Assembly: GCA_022749845.1 (NCBI GenBank)
Contig: JAKIWX010000001.1
Location: 12,387-76,386, forward strand
Direction of reading: 5' to 3'
DNA length: 64,000 nt
Origin: Thermoplasmata archaeon
GTDB lineage: Archaea; Thermoplasmatota; Thermoplasmata; Lutacidiplasmatales; UBA184
Below, piece after piece: positions 27,928 through 37,525 of the stretch. The translations under genes and the position numbers were made by a program. The notes under the pieces were generated by a model. It saw only the letters and a program-made list of their open reading frames with translations, did not search any database and was not told the DNA's origin. Position 1 is the first letter of the stretch, and every line of letters starts with the position of its first letter.

Positions 27928-29199
27928 GTGGCCCGAAACGGGAACGGGCTAGTCGAACTCCTCGCGGACCACGGTCTATCCGAGCCCGCGGCGCGCATCT
28001 ATCTCGTCGCAACGCGGGAGGGTCCGCTGCCCGCCTCCGAGCTCGCGCGGGCAACCGCCGTCCACCGGGTCCACGCCTACCGCTGCATCGACGAGCTCGT
28101 CGAGAAGGGCCTCCTCCAACCTGTTGGCCGCCGTCCCAAGCGGTTTGCTCCGCTCCCTGTGGAGGAGCTCCTCGACCGCTGGATCCACGAGGAGGCGGGC
28201 CGCCTCGAGAGCCTGAAGCGCGGCCGCGACCGGCTGCTTGAGGAATGGAGGGCGACCACCGGGAATCCCGAGCCCGGAGACGCGCGACGGTTCTCCATCG
28301 TCGAGGGCCAGTCCGCGATCTGGCACCTCTTGAAGCGCCGGTTCGGCGCGGCGCAGAAGGAGATCCTGATCACCGTCTCCGCCTTTTCGCTCCCCCGCGC
28401 TGTCGACGGGGGGCTCGACCGGGCGCTGGCGGAGGCGCGCTCCCGAAATGTCCGGGTCCGCATCGTGACCGAGGTGGAGGCGTCGAACCGGGTCGAGGTG
28501 CGGCTCTTCTCCCAAGTGGCGGAGCTGCGCCACGCGCGCCGACCCGTCACGAACCGCGCCGTCCTCATCGACCGGAAGGCGGCGGCCGTGTTCGTCACCG
28601 GAGCGGAGGGGCTCGGTCCGAGCGACGAAGCGCAGCTGATGCTCTGGACGACGGATCCGAGGTTCCTCGCGCTCACCCGCGCCTACCACCAACGCCTCTG
28701 GGCGCTCTCCGTCCCTGTCGACGAACGGCTCGTGGAGCTCGAGGCTCCCTCCCGCGCCGTCCTCCCGCTCCGACGCGGAGAGGGAGGCGAAGGGTTTGCC
28801 CGGCTTCAGGAGATCACCGAGCTCGGGATGACCGCGACGGGCGTCGAGGAGCTCCGTCTCGACCTGCCGGAGCTCATCGAGGCGGTCGCACGTCAGCTCG
28901 GACGGCAGATCGCCGACGGCATCGGTGGCACGACGCCCTCGGAGGTCGTGAAGGAGCTCGCCGCGTACTATTCGGAACGCTCCCTCGGCCGGGTCGATGT
29001 GGTCAAGGAGCGCCCGCTCACGCTCCGCGTCCGGAACTGCTTCGCCTGCCGGAACTCCCCCGAGATCGGACGCGTGCTCTGCCCCAGTCTCATCAGCTCC
29101 TTGCTCGAGCGCCGCATTGGCGACCAGTTCGATGTTTCGAAGCCCGACCCGACCCGCCACGCCGAGCGCGGCTGTATCTTCGCGATCCGGCCTTCGTAG
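27928..29199 (+). CDS. TrmB-family HTH regulator with effector domain and C-terminal V4R-like Cys domain
   Basis: GLSEPAARIY…ASELARAT…ELVEKGL wHTH; AQKEILI…RNVRVRIVT middle domain; NCFAC…LCP…GCIF C-terminus. Confidence 0.8.
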   Translation: MARNGNGLVELLADHGLSEPAARIYLVATREGPLPASELARATAVHRVHAYRCIDELVEKGLLQPVGRRPKRFAPLPVEELLDRWIHEEAGRLESLKRGRDRLLEEWRATTGNPEPGDARRFSIVEGQSAIWHLLKRRFGAAQKEILITVSAFSLPRAVDGGLDRALAEARSRNVRVRIVTEVEASNRVEVRLFSQVAELRHARRPVTNRAVLIDRKAAAVFVTGAEGLGPSDEAQLMLWTTDPRFLALTRAYHQRLWALSVPVDERLVELEAPSRAVLPLRRGEGGEGFARLQEITELGMTATGVEELRLDLPELIEAVARQLGRQIADGIGGTTPSEVVKELAAYYSERSLGRVDVVKERPLTLRVRNCFACRNSPEIGRVLCPSLISSLLERRIGDQFDVSKPDPTRHAERGCIFAIRPS

Positions 29200-29395
29200 G
29201 TTTCGCCCCCGGACGAATTCGATCTCCCAGCTCGACGCGGGCCTACCCTCGAAGTAGCGCCAGGGTGCCTCCCGCGGGGACTCTCCGGACGGAGGGGGAA
29301 ACGCTCTCCCTCCGTCGAGCGCTGCTACGGCGAGGGGACCAAGAGATCCCCCCGGGGACCCTCGGGCTCGCCCGGCTCGACGGTGGCGGTGCGGA

Positions 29396-30112
29396 CTAGG
29401 CCCCGCCGAGCGGTCGGTTCCACTCTCGGACGATCGTCTCGCCCTCGGGCGTGATGGTTAGGCCGTCCGGTCCGCCCCGGTCGACCACGAGCCCCGTCTT
29501 GAGCGCCCACTCGAGGCTCTCGCGAAGCGCGACGGGAATCTTTTCCGTGCTCCCGAAGATGAAGAGCTGGAGGAGGCGAGCTGCCGGCTCACGCGACGCG
29601 GAGAGCGCAACGTGCGTGTGGTGTCGGCCGAGCTCCCTCAGCGTCCCGGGGGCGATCTCCGGCGGGATGCGACGAAGGTCGTACGGGCACAGGAAACGGG
29701 AGTGGTCGCGGGGCTGGTCCTGGAACCACGACTCGTACTCGAGGTGGTCCGGGACGTTCTCGGGGGCCCAGTACTGGGTGATCGTCTCGGCGGCACCGCT
29801 CACTCCCTCCGGGTGCGCCCCGACGAACTCGAGCACCTCATCGGCGGGCCGGAGTCGGTCCTCGATCCACCGGACCTGCGGCCCGGGCAGGATGAAAACG
29901 CAGCCCACGTGGTCGGGGGATCGGCGGGCGAGCTCCTCGGAGTAGTAGTCCTTGAGCGTAGGCTCGCCGACCCAGTACGAGGCGGCCTGACCGTCCGGTG
30001 CCCCGGCCAGGAAATCCACGGCCTGGTCCTTCGCCTCGTCGCGGCTAGCGTGGAAGCTTACGCAGTGTGAGCCGAGCCCGAGGTGAGCCAGGTCCTCCAC
30101 CACCTCTACCAT
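29396..30112 (-). CDS. MEDS (DcmR sensory)-like domain protein
   Basis: GSHCVSFH, HLEYESW, FLCPYD…HHTHV pattern typical of MEDS; short helical/wing C-terminal extension. Confidence 0.7.
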   Translation of the reverse strand: MVEVVEDLAHLGLGSHCVSFHASRDEAKDQAVDFLAGAPDGQAASYWVGEPTLKDYYSEELARRSPDHVGCVFILPGPQVRWIEDRLRPADEVLEFVGAHPEGVSGAAETITQYWAPENVPDHLEYESWFQDQPRDHSRFLCPYDLRRIPPEIAPGTLRELGRHHTHVALSASREPAARLLQLFIFGSTEKIPVALRESLEWALKTGLVVDRGGPDGLTITPEGETIVREWNRPLGGA

Positions 30113-30204
30113 GGCGTCGAGGCAGTACGTACGCGCGGGTCTGGGCGATAAAGGCAGCGCTGGTGGATGCCCGGCCCAGCCCAGTCGACGCTCCGCTCCC
30201 TGGC

Positions 30205-30996
30205 CTACGTGCGTTGGAGTTCCCCGCCCGGCGGAAGAAGTTCTCGGATCCGAGTACCTGCTTCGGCTAAGGTAGCGACAGTTAGCGTTGGGCCCGCCTC
30301 TTCCGGTGGACTCGAGGCGAACAGCTTCCTGTACTTGGGTCCGTACGCATCGAGACCCGTGTAGAGAATGGCTCCCCGATAGCCGGCACGGCGGGCGCCG
30401 TCCAGGTCGGCCTGTCCGTCCCCAACATGCACGGCTGCCTCGGGTGTCGAGTCGAGCTGGGCCAGGGCGTGCAGGAAGATCTCGGGAGCGGGCTTCGCCC
30501 ACGGGAGCTCGTCGCTGAACACGAACTTCTCCACGAGCCTTCGAATTCCCATGCGTTCGAGCAGCGGCAGCAGGAAAGCTCCGGGCTCGCCGACGGTGTT
30601 CGAAATGACCGCGAGCCGGTAGCCGCTCGCGAGGAGGCCCTCGAGGAGCTCGACGGCGCCGGGAGCTGCGCGAAACGGCGTCCACTCGACGAGTGCTCGA
30701 AGTTCGGTAAGGTATCGAGTTGGGTCGGTGTCTCTCGAGCAGTCCACCGCGGCCGCGGCGAACTGTGCCGCGGGCGAAACGGATCGGCCGTTGCTGGCAG
30801 CTTCGATGGCTCCAGCGTAGGCACGCTCGAAGGCCTCACGCAAGGCGTTCTCCTCCTTCGGCGCAGCGCTGTCCAAGCGCTTCGCTTCCCCGAGGGCTGA
30901 CGTCCCGAGTTCGACCTGGTCCGCCATGTAATGCTCCTCCTCCTCCGGGGAGAGGTAGACAAGCGTGTGCCAGAGGTCGAAAGTCACGGCAGCCAT
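30205..30996 (-). CDS. HAD-superfamily hydrolase
   Basis: Motif I FDLWHTL, II VISNT, III KP..EIF, IV HVGD…DLDGA. Confidence 0.88.
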   Translation of the reverse strand: MAAVTFDLWHTLVYLSPEEEEHYMADQVELGTSALGEAKRLDSAAPKEENALREAFERAYAGAIEAASNGRSVSPAAQFAAAAVDCSRDTDPTRYLTELRALVEWTPFRAAPGAVELLEGLLASGYRLAVISNTVGEPGAFLLPLLERMGIRRLVEKFVFSDELPWAKPAPEIFLHALAQLDSTPEAAVHVGDGQADLDGARRAGYRGAILYTGLDAYGPKYRKLFASSPPEEAGPTLTVATLAEAGTRIRELLPPGGELQRT

Positions 30997-31449
30997 TGGG
31001 GCGCGAACCAATCGCGGGGCGGCATAACGGTCCCCCAGGGGGCCCGAGTCCTCGGTGCGGGGTGCCCGCGCCTCCCCCGTTCGATCTGCGCCGCCATCGA
31101 CGCACGCGACGGCCCGTCCTACACGCCTTCCCCGTCGACCGCCGAGCCTTGCTCGCACCGGGTAGAGCTACATGCAGAGGAAGGAAGGCAAAACGCATCC
31201 TGCGTGCGGGAAGCGCCGAGCCGAAGGTCCAGCACGGAGGCAGGCAGCCGCGCCTTCGACCGTGGCGAGCAGCCGTTCACGCGACTCGGCTTTCGCACGC
31301 CGCCGCTGAGCGACTGAGAATCCGCCTCCTTTACGGAGGCTGATAACGTGGGAGAGTGGATTCCAGGCCCCGTGGACATGGGCCCGATCTATCTCAGCGA
31401 CTCGGCAGTCAGCTCAGTAGACTCGCTGGACTCCGATCGGTCAGGCTCG

Positions 31450-34400
31450 ATGGCGCCTGGGCGGCCTAGGTCACGGCTAGCCGTCAACGCCGAGCTTGTG
31501 CGCGCGCGCTCGGTCCACTCCACCCGCCGGAGCGAGAGGCGGCGAGGAACGTGGGTGGTGGCGCTGGTCGGGCTCTTGGCTCTCTCGCTAGGTCTCGACC
31601 CAATCGTGGTCGCTCAGCCCATGAACGGTTCGACCGGGCCATCGGCTCCGGCTCGTGCGCCCGTGCTGGGCTCCGCGAGCATCGCTTTGGCCGACGCCGC
31701 GTCCAACCTGGAGCGTGGAGCCGGCCCCGCACGCGGAGTGCCGACGACGTGTACGGCGGTCAGCGCAGCCACGAGCGACTGCACCCGGGGCGCAGGCGCC
31801 CAACCCCTTGGCCCCCGAACAGCGGCGACGTGGCGCGAGGTCCCATCCGCATCGCCCCCCGGTGGGGGCCTCCTCCTCTACGACGGGGCCGCATCCGAGG
31901 TGCTCTACCTTTTTGTCGCGCCGGGCGGGGCGGTCGAAACCTGGAGTTACTCCAACGGTTCTTTCCAGGATCTTGCCCCCGCGGTGTCTCCCGACGGAAT
32001 CGGCTACGCGACCTACGACTCCACCGATGGGTACGTGCTCATGTTCGTGAGTTCCAACAGCCAGACCAACGCGCCGGAGGCGGAGACCTGGATCTTCACC
32101 TCCAACAGCTGGTCCATGCTCACCCCTGCGTTCGGGCCGGCGAGCACGCAGGGGGGGTATCTTGCCGACGACCCTGGCGATCGGTACGTGCTCATGTGGG
32201 GTCCGGCCAACGCCTCTGCGTTCACCAACCGATCGGACACCTGGAGCTACTCCGCCGGAGCCTGGCACCTGCTCACTCCCTCGGTCGCACCGCCGTACGT
32301 CAACGACGCCGGCTTTGCGTACGACTCGACGGCCGGCGCGGACCTCCTCTTCGGAGGCGACACGGTGATCGGTCAAGTCCGCCAGAGTACGACGTGGTCC
32401 TACTCCGGTGGGGCTTGGGTCAACCTCACGACCTCCCACGCGCCTCCCCCGCGCTACGCCGCTACCTTCACCGACGACCCGTCGATCGGCGGCGTTCTCC
32501 TGTTTGGAGGGCTAGGTTCGAACAATCCGCCCGAGCTCAACGATACATGGGCGTTCAACGCCACCGGGTGGACCAAGGTGAGCCCTCCCCGTTCCCCCCA
32601 GCCGCGCGCGCTCGCGCCGGCCACCTTCGATCGGGCGGATGGCTACGTGTTCATGTACTCCGGCGAGAACGTTTCCGGGGACTACCTCAAACGAGACGCG
32701 TGGGGGTTCAGTTCCGGAAACTGGACTCCGGTCGACCCCACCCCGCCTCGTCTGGCCGAAGCATCGTTAGTGTTCGACCCGCTAGACAACGCCGTGGTCC
32801 TCTTCGGCGGCCTCGGCTGTCCTGGGGTCGGTGTATGTTCCTCCGGGACCCGGAACGAGACGTGGGAGTACTCCGGGGGAACATGGACCCAACTTCGGCC
32901 AGCGACAGCCCCGTCCTTTCGGAACGGGGCGGGGATCGCGTTCGACGCGGCGGATCGGTACGTCCTCCTGTTCGGAGGGGGAAACACCTCCACGGGGGCG
33001 GTGCTGAACGACACCTGGAACTTCTCCGGCGGGAACTGGAACCGAATCGCGACGAGCCCTTCCCCTCCGCCGCGGCTCGAGCCGGCGATGACGTACGATT
33101 CGGAGGACAGCATCGTGCTCCTGTTCGGTGGGTTCGCCGCAGCGAGCACCTTGCTCTCCGACACCTGGGAGTTTGCTGCCGGCCACTGGTCGCACCTCAC
33201 CCCCGCGCTCTCTCCCTTCGGGCGCGCATCGGCGGGGATGGTGGACGACCGCGCCGACCGGGGCGTACTCCTCTTCGGCGGGATCGGCCACCCAGGCGCG
33301 TCGTACATCGCCCTCAACGACACGTGGAGCTTCGCCGCCGGGAACTGGACCGAATCCCTGCCGGTGGTGGCCCCCTCGGCCCGGTACAGCTTCGCGATGA
33401 GCTACGATGCGAGCCAGCAGCTGGTCCTCCTGTGGGGCGGTGTGCTCCAGAGCGCCGGAGTCTCGGGCGAAACTTGGGAGTTCCACTCGGGCGCCTGGAC
33501 CGAACTGTATCCCCCCGCATCGCCGATCGCAGCTAGCGGGGTCGCCATGACCTTCGACGACCGGGACGCGTACTCGTTGATGGTCGGGGACGGTCTGAAC
33601 GGTTTCGGCCAGGGCGCAGCTTGGGCGCTAGAGTTCACAGGGCTGCCCCGCATCAACGCCTCGGCCCTCCCGGCCGTCGGAGTCGCGCCGCTGATGGTGC
33701 ATTTCTCCGCCACGGTAGCTGGTGGCCTGCCGCCGTACAAGCTCACGTGGAGTTTCGGAGACGGGTCCAATTCGAGCGCCCTCCAGCCCGCGCACAGGTA
33801 TGCCAACCCGGGCTACTACAACGCGAGTCTCGGAGTAATCGATGCACTCGGGGTATCCAATCGCTCGAACCTCTCGCTCCGGGTGTTCGGACTTCCGATG
33901 CTCGCGCCCGTCGCCACCCCTTCCGCGGCGGTGGTCCCCGCGTCGATCACCTTCCTCGCAGGGGCGAGCTCGGGCGACCCACCGTACCACTATGCCTGGA
34001 GCTTTGGCGACGGGACGAGCTCCAACGCCTCCTCCCCTTCGCACACCTATCTGTTGGCGGGCGAGTTTAGTGTCAATCTCACGCTGACCGACGGCCAGGG
34101 TAGCCGGGCCTCCGCGTCGGTGCTCGTCACGCTGGTCCTTCCACTCTCCACCACGCTCACCGTCTCGCTCCTGTACGGGGTGGCCCCGCTCGACGTCCAT
34201 TGCTCGGCACTTCCCGCCGGGGGTTTCCCCCCGTACAGCTACAGCTGGAACTTCGGCGATGGCTCCGCTCCCGCCGCGGGACCGTCGAAGGTGCACACCT
34301 TCTCCACGCCGGGGACGTTCGATGTCCAACTCCTCGTGAAAGACGGCGCCGGCCACTCGGCCCGAGCGAATCGGACGGTCGCGGTGTTCCAACCTCTCGT

Positions 34401-35049
34401 TGTTGCCATCGGGAGTTCTACCGCGAGGGGGTCGGCTCCGCTCTCCGTTCAATTCACCGCTCACCCTTCCAGAGGATTGACCCCGTACCAATACGCGTGG
34501 TCGTTTGGCGACGGGAATTCGAGCACGCTACCGACCCCGACGGAGAAGTTTACGAGAACCGGGACATTCGCGGTCCAGCTCAACGTGACGGACGGGGCGG
34601 GGGAGATCGGGAGGGCGAATCTGAGCGTGATCGTGGAGTCGGTCCAGCCCGGGGGAAACTCGAACGGCGGCGGTGGACCGTCTGGGCCGGGTCTTCTCGA
34701 GGCGACCATTGCCGCTGTGGCCGTGCTGGGCGCGGCCGTCGTGGGCATCGTACTGCTGCGGCGAAGGCGGCAACGCCGCGACGGTGGAAGCTCCGAGACG
34801 GCGCTCCTCGAGGTGGAGCTACCCGCCGGAGGGAGCCTTGCGCTTCCTCCCGTAGAGAAGGACCGGGCCGAGACCAAGGGCGACCTCTCCCGCCCCGACG
34901 AGCAGCGTAGGAAATCAGCCCGAGGGGCTCCGCCGACCGAACTCGGAGCCGGAACGAGGGGGCCGGCTGCGCTCGGCCCAACATGTTTCAACCGTTTCGA
35001 TAGCGCCTCAGCGTCGAGCGTCAGGCAGAGCGTCCCAAACCCGTGCTAA
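31450..35049 (+). CDS. large surface protein: ~12 Kelch-like blades, 4 PKD domains, C-terminal TM anchor
   Basis: Repeated LLFGG…[DE]TW.[YF]…W units; four W[SN]FGDG motifs; TM followed by RRRRQRR. Start uncertain (31348-31450). Confidence 0.85.
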   Translation: MAPGRPRSRLAVNAELVRARSVHSTRRSERRRGTWVVALVGLLALSLGLDPIVVAQPMNGSTGPSAPARAPVLGSASIALADAASNLERGAGPARGVPTTCTAVSAATSDCTRGAGAQPLGPRTAATWREVPSASPPGGGLLLYDGAASEVLYLFVAPGGAVETWSYSNGSFQDLAPAVSPDGIGYATYDSTDGYVLMFVSSNSQTNAPEAETWIFTSNSWSMLTPAFGPASTQGGYLADDPGDRYVLMWGPANASAFTNRSDTWSYSAGAWHLLTPSVAPPYVNDAGFAYDSTAGADLLFGGDTVIGQVRQSTTWSYSGGAWVNLTTSHAPPPRYAATFTDDPSIGGVLLFGGLGSNNPPELNDTWAFNATGWTKVSPPRSPQPRALAPATFDRADGYVFMYSGENVSGDYLKRDAWGFSSGNWTPVDPTPPRLAEASLVFDPLDNAVVLFGGLGCPGVGVCSSGTRNETWEYSGGTWTQLRPATAPSFRNGAGIAFDAADRYVLLFGGGNTSTGAVLNDTWNFSGGNWNRIATSPSPPPRLEPAMTYDSEDSIVLLFGGFAAASTLLSDTWEFAAGHWSHLTPALSPFGRASAGMVDDRADRGVLLFGGIGHPGASYIALNDTWSFAAGNWTESLPVVAPSARYSFAMSYDASQQLVLLWGGVLQSAGVSGETWEFHSGAWTELYPPASPIAASGVAMTFDDRDAYSLMVGDGLNGFGQGAAWALEFTGLPRINASALPAVGVAPLMVHFSATVAGGLPPYKLTWSFGDGSNSSALQPAHRYANPGYYNASLGVIDALGVSNRSNLSLRVFGLPMLAPVATPSAAVVPASITFLAGASSGDPPYHYAWSFGDGTSSNASSPSHTYLLAGEFSVNLTLTDGQGSRASASVLVTLVLPLSTTLTVSLLYGVAPLDVHCSALPAGGFPPYSYSWNFGDGSAPAAGPSKVHTFSTPGTFDVQLLVKDGAGHSARANRTVAVFQPLVVAIGSSTARGSAPLSVQFTAHPSRGLTPYQYAWSFGDGNSSTLPTPTEKFTRTGTFAVQLNVTDGAGEIGRANLSVIVESVQPGGNSNGGGGPSGPGLLEATIAAVAVLGAAVVGIVLLRRRRQRRDGGSSETALLEVELPAGGSLALPPVEKDRAETKGDLSRPDEQRRKSARGAPPTELGAGTRGPAALGPTCFNRFDSASASSVRQSVPNPC

Positions 35050-35098
35050 GCCGAGACAGGGTGTAGCATGTGTATGGACACGGGGTACATTCGCCGGA

Positions 35099-35113
35099 CC
35101 AAGGTATATAAGG
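35099..35113 (+). promoter_or_regulatory. TATA box of tfb
   Basis: CCAAGGTATATAAGG about 30-40 nt upstream of ATG 35143. Confidence 0.6.
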
Positions 35114-35142
35114 GGGTAGACCTTGCCGCTTATAGGATTTCT

Positions 35143-36207
35143 ATGAAGCAAAATGCACCTTCCGGCCGCATGGAGGCCGACGTGAGCGCGATGGCCTCGC
35201 CCGTCGCTGAAGTCTGCCCGGAGTGCGGATCCACCCATCTCACCCGCGACGACGTTCGAGGAGAGATCGTCTGCGCGGACTGCGGGCTCGTCGTCGATGC
35301 TAGCGCGCTCGTTTCCGATCGGGGACAGCGCGGCAGCAAGGAGGACACGGGACGCGAGGCTCGAGGCTGGGGACCCGTCATCTCCCCCCTGATGCCCGAC
35401 AAGGGCCTGTTCAGCGAGATTGGAGTCCCCACCCGCGACTTCCAGGGGAACTCGCTCTCCCGCAACACCTCCCTCAAGTTCTACCACCTGCGCAAGCTCA
35501 ACCACCGCCTTCGCGCCGCGCGCACCCATCAACGCAACCTCGTGGTCGCGCTGGGGGAGCTCAACCGGCTCGCGGGTGTGCTCGGCCTCTCGCGGGAGGT
35601 CAAGGAGTCGGCGACGTACATCTACCGCCGTGCGCTCGAGCACAAGGCAACGCGGGGCAAGAAGATCGTCGCGCTCGTCGCGGCGAGCGTCTACGCCGCC
35701 TGCCGTCAGTGCCACGTGCCGCGGACGATGAAGGAGATCATCGCCCACTCGAAGGCGACCAAGATCGAAGTCGGCCGGGCGTACACGCTGCTCGCCCGCG
35801 AGCTCAAGCTCGGTCTCAAGCCGGTCGAGCCGCGCGACTACCTCGTCCGGTTCACGCAGGACCTGAACCTCTCGAAGGAGGTGCGGGCGAAGGTGCTCGA
35901 CCTTCTCGAGCAGGTGGAGCAGGTGTACTCGACGAGCGGGGTGCTCCCCAACGGGATCCTCGCCACGATCATCTACATCGCGTCGAACCTGATGGGCGAG
36001 CCGCGCAGCCAGGACCGGATCGCCGCCGTGGCGAACGTGACCCCGGTGACCATCCGGAACCACTACAAGGAGCTCCTCGACCTGCTGGGCCTGCCGAAGA
36101 ACCTCGCGAACCCCCAGGCGCGCGGGGTCCTTCCCCCCGGGGCGGGCACCCTCGCCCGTCCGACCGTGGTGAAGGCGGCGGAGCCCGGCATCCCGGTCGA
36201 CGCCTAG
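35143..36207 (+). CDS. tfb: transcription initiation factor IIB (TFB), divergent paralog
   Basis: Zn ribbon CPECG…CADCGLV, RNLVVAL, AASVYAACR, two cyclin repeats, HTH VTPVTIRNHYKEL. Confidence 0.92.
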   Translation: MKQNAPSGRMEADVSAMASPVAEVCPECGSTHLTRDDVRGEIVCADCGLVVDASALVSDRGQRGSKEDTGREARGWGPVISPLMPDKGLFSEIGVPTRDFQGNSLSRNTSLKFYHLRKLNHRLRAARTHQRNLVVALGELNRLAGVLGLSREVKESATYIYRRALEHKATRGKKIVALVAASVYAACRQCHVPRTMKEIIAHSKATKIEVGRAYTLLARELKLGLKPVEPRDYLVRFTQDLNLSKEVRAKVLDLLEQVEQVYSTSGVLPNGILATIIYIASNLMGEPRSQDRIAAVANVTPVTIRNHYKELLDLLGLPKNLANPQARGVLPPGAGTLARPTVVKAAEPGIPVDA

Positions 36208-36259
36208 CGCGCACCCGCTCCATCGGGAGCGGTTAACTCCCGGCGCGAACTCCGGGGCC

Positions 36260-37417
36260 GTGGGCACGCTCCCGACGCTCAGCTACTCGTCGATCCGCAC
36301 CTACCTCGAGTGCCCGCTCCGCTGGAAGTTCCTCTACATCGACCGGCTCTCCGAGGCGCCCCGCGGGTACTTCTCGTTCGGCCGCACCGTCCACTCCGTG
36401 CTCGAGGAGCTCCTCCAACCGTTCGTCCAACCGACCTCCCGGCGCGCCGGAGGTAGTACCCAGTTCACCCTCGAGGAGTTCGGCGCGGGTCGCAGCGGCC
36501 CTGGCCAGCCCCTCGACCCCGAGGGAATGCTCGCGCTCTACGACCGTCTCTGGGTTTCGGAGGGGTACGAAACCCCCGAGGAGGAGGAGCGCTACCGCAC
36601 GCTCGGTCGGTCCCTCCTGCTCCGCTACCACCGCGAGATAACGACCCAGCCCCCGACACCGGTCGCGGTCGAGGCGCACCTCGAGACCACCTGGGATGGG
36701 GTCGCCGTCCACGGCTACGTCGACCGGATCGACCTCACCCCTTCGGGCGGCCTCGAGGTGCTCGACTACAAGACAGGCCGCGGCCTCACCTCGCGCGACG
36801 CGCTCACCTCCGATCAGCTCGGGCTGTACCAAGTGCTCGTCGAACGGAACTACCCGTACCCGGTCGAGCGGCTCGCGCTCATCGACCTGCGCGGAGGCTC
36901 CCACCTCGTTTCCCCCCCGCGGCCGCCCGAGGCGCTCGCCACGCTCCGGAGGTCGGTGGGAGAGGTAGCCGACGGCATCCGCGAGGAGGAGTACGGGCCG
37001 ACGCCGGGTCGGGTGTGCACGAGGTGCGAGTTCCAGGACCGATGCCCCGAGTTTCGCCAGGTCCCGGCCGAGGAGCGGGCCGCACTTGCGACGCTCGTGG
37101 ACCGGTTCGCCGAGCTCCGCGAGGTCGAACGGGGACTCGGGCAGGAGCTCTCGGCCACCGCTCGGACGCTGCACGCCGAGGCCGAGCGGCTCGGGGTGCA
37201 CCGGATCCCGGGTGCGCGAGGCGTTGCGATTCGCCGACGTGAGACGAAGGAGGAAGCAGCTCAGGCGTCGAAGGGCAGCCCGCTCTCCCCTGCCGAGCCG
37301 TCCCGTCGGGTACGTTGGTACTGGGAGGTCGAGTCCGCGCCCGCGGAGCCGTCGGCCCGGCGAAAGGAGACCGCTCCTGGCCGTGAGACGCCGGCGGAGG
37401 AAACTCCCCCTTCGTAG
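36260..37417 (+). CDS. PD-(D/E)XK nuclease, RecB/AddB-like with Fe-S Cys
   Basis: LSYSSIRTYLECP, G..VH, GYVDRID, VLDYKTG, QLGLY, CTRCEFQDRC. Confidence 0.88.
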   Translation: MGTLPTLSYSSIRTYLECPLRWKFLYIDRLSEAPRGYFSFGRTVHSVLEELLQPFVQPTSRRAGGSTQFTLEEFGAGRSGPGQPLDPEGMLALYDRLWVSEGYETPEEEERYRTLGRSLLLRYHREITTQPPTPVAVEAHLETTWDGVAVHGYVDRIDLTPSGGLEVLDYKTGRGLTSRDALTSDQLGLYQVLVERNYPYPVERLALIDLRGGSHLVSPPRPPEALATLRRSVGEVADGIREEEYGPTPGRVCTRCEFQDRCPEFRQVPAEERAALATLVDRFAELREVERGLGQELSATARTLHAEAERLGVHRIPGARGVAIRRRETKEEAAQASKGSPLSPAEPSRRVRWYWEVESAPAEPSARRKETAPGRETPAEETPPS

Positions 37418-37525
37418 ACCGGAGGGACCTCGGGCTCGCCCGGATCCCCCCTGGAACCAAGGAGAGTAGCTCACCCGCCGCGCCGTTCGCGCAAAGGCTA
37501 ATTGGAGGCGACGGTCGCCCAACTA

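Noticed and set aside
29200-29395. Hairpins between the TrmB-like and MEDS genes as an ncRNA
   Set aside because: Short GC stems between convergent genes are adequately explained as terminators or chance.
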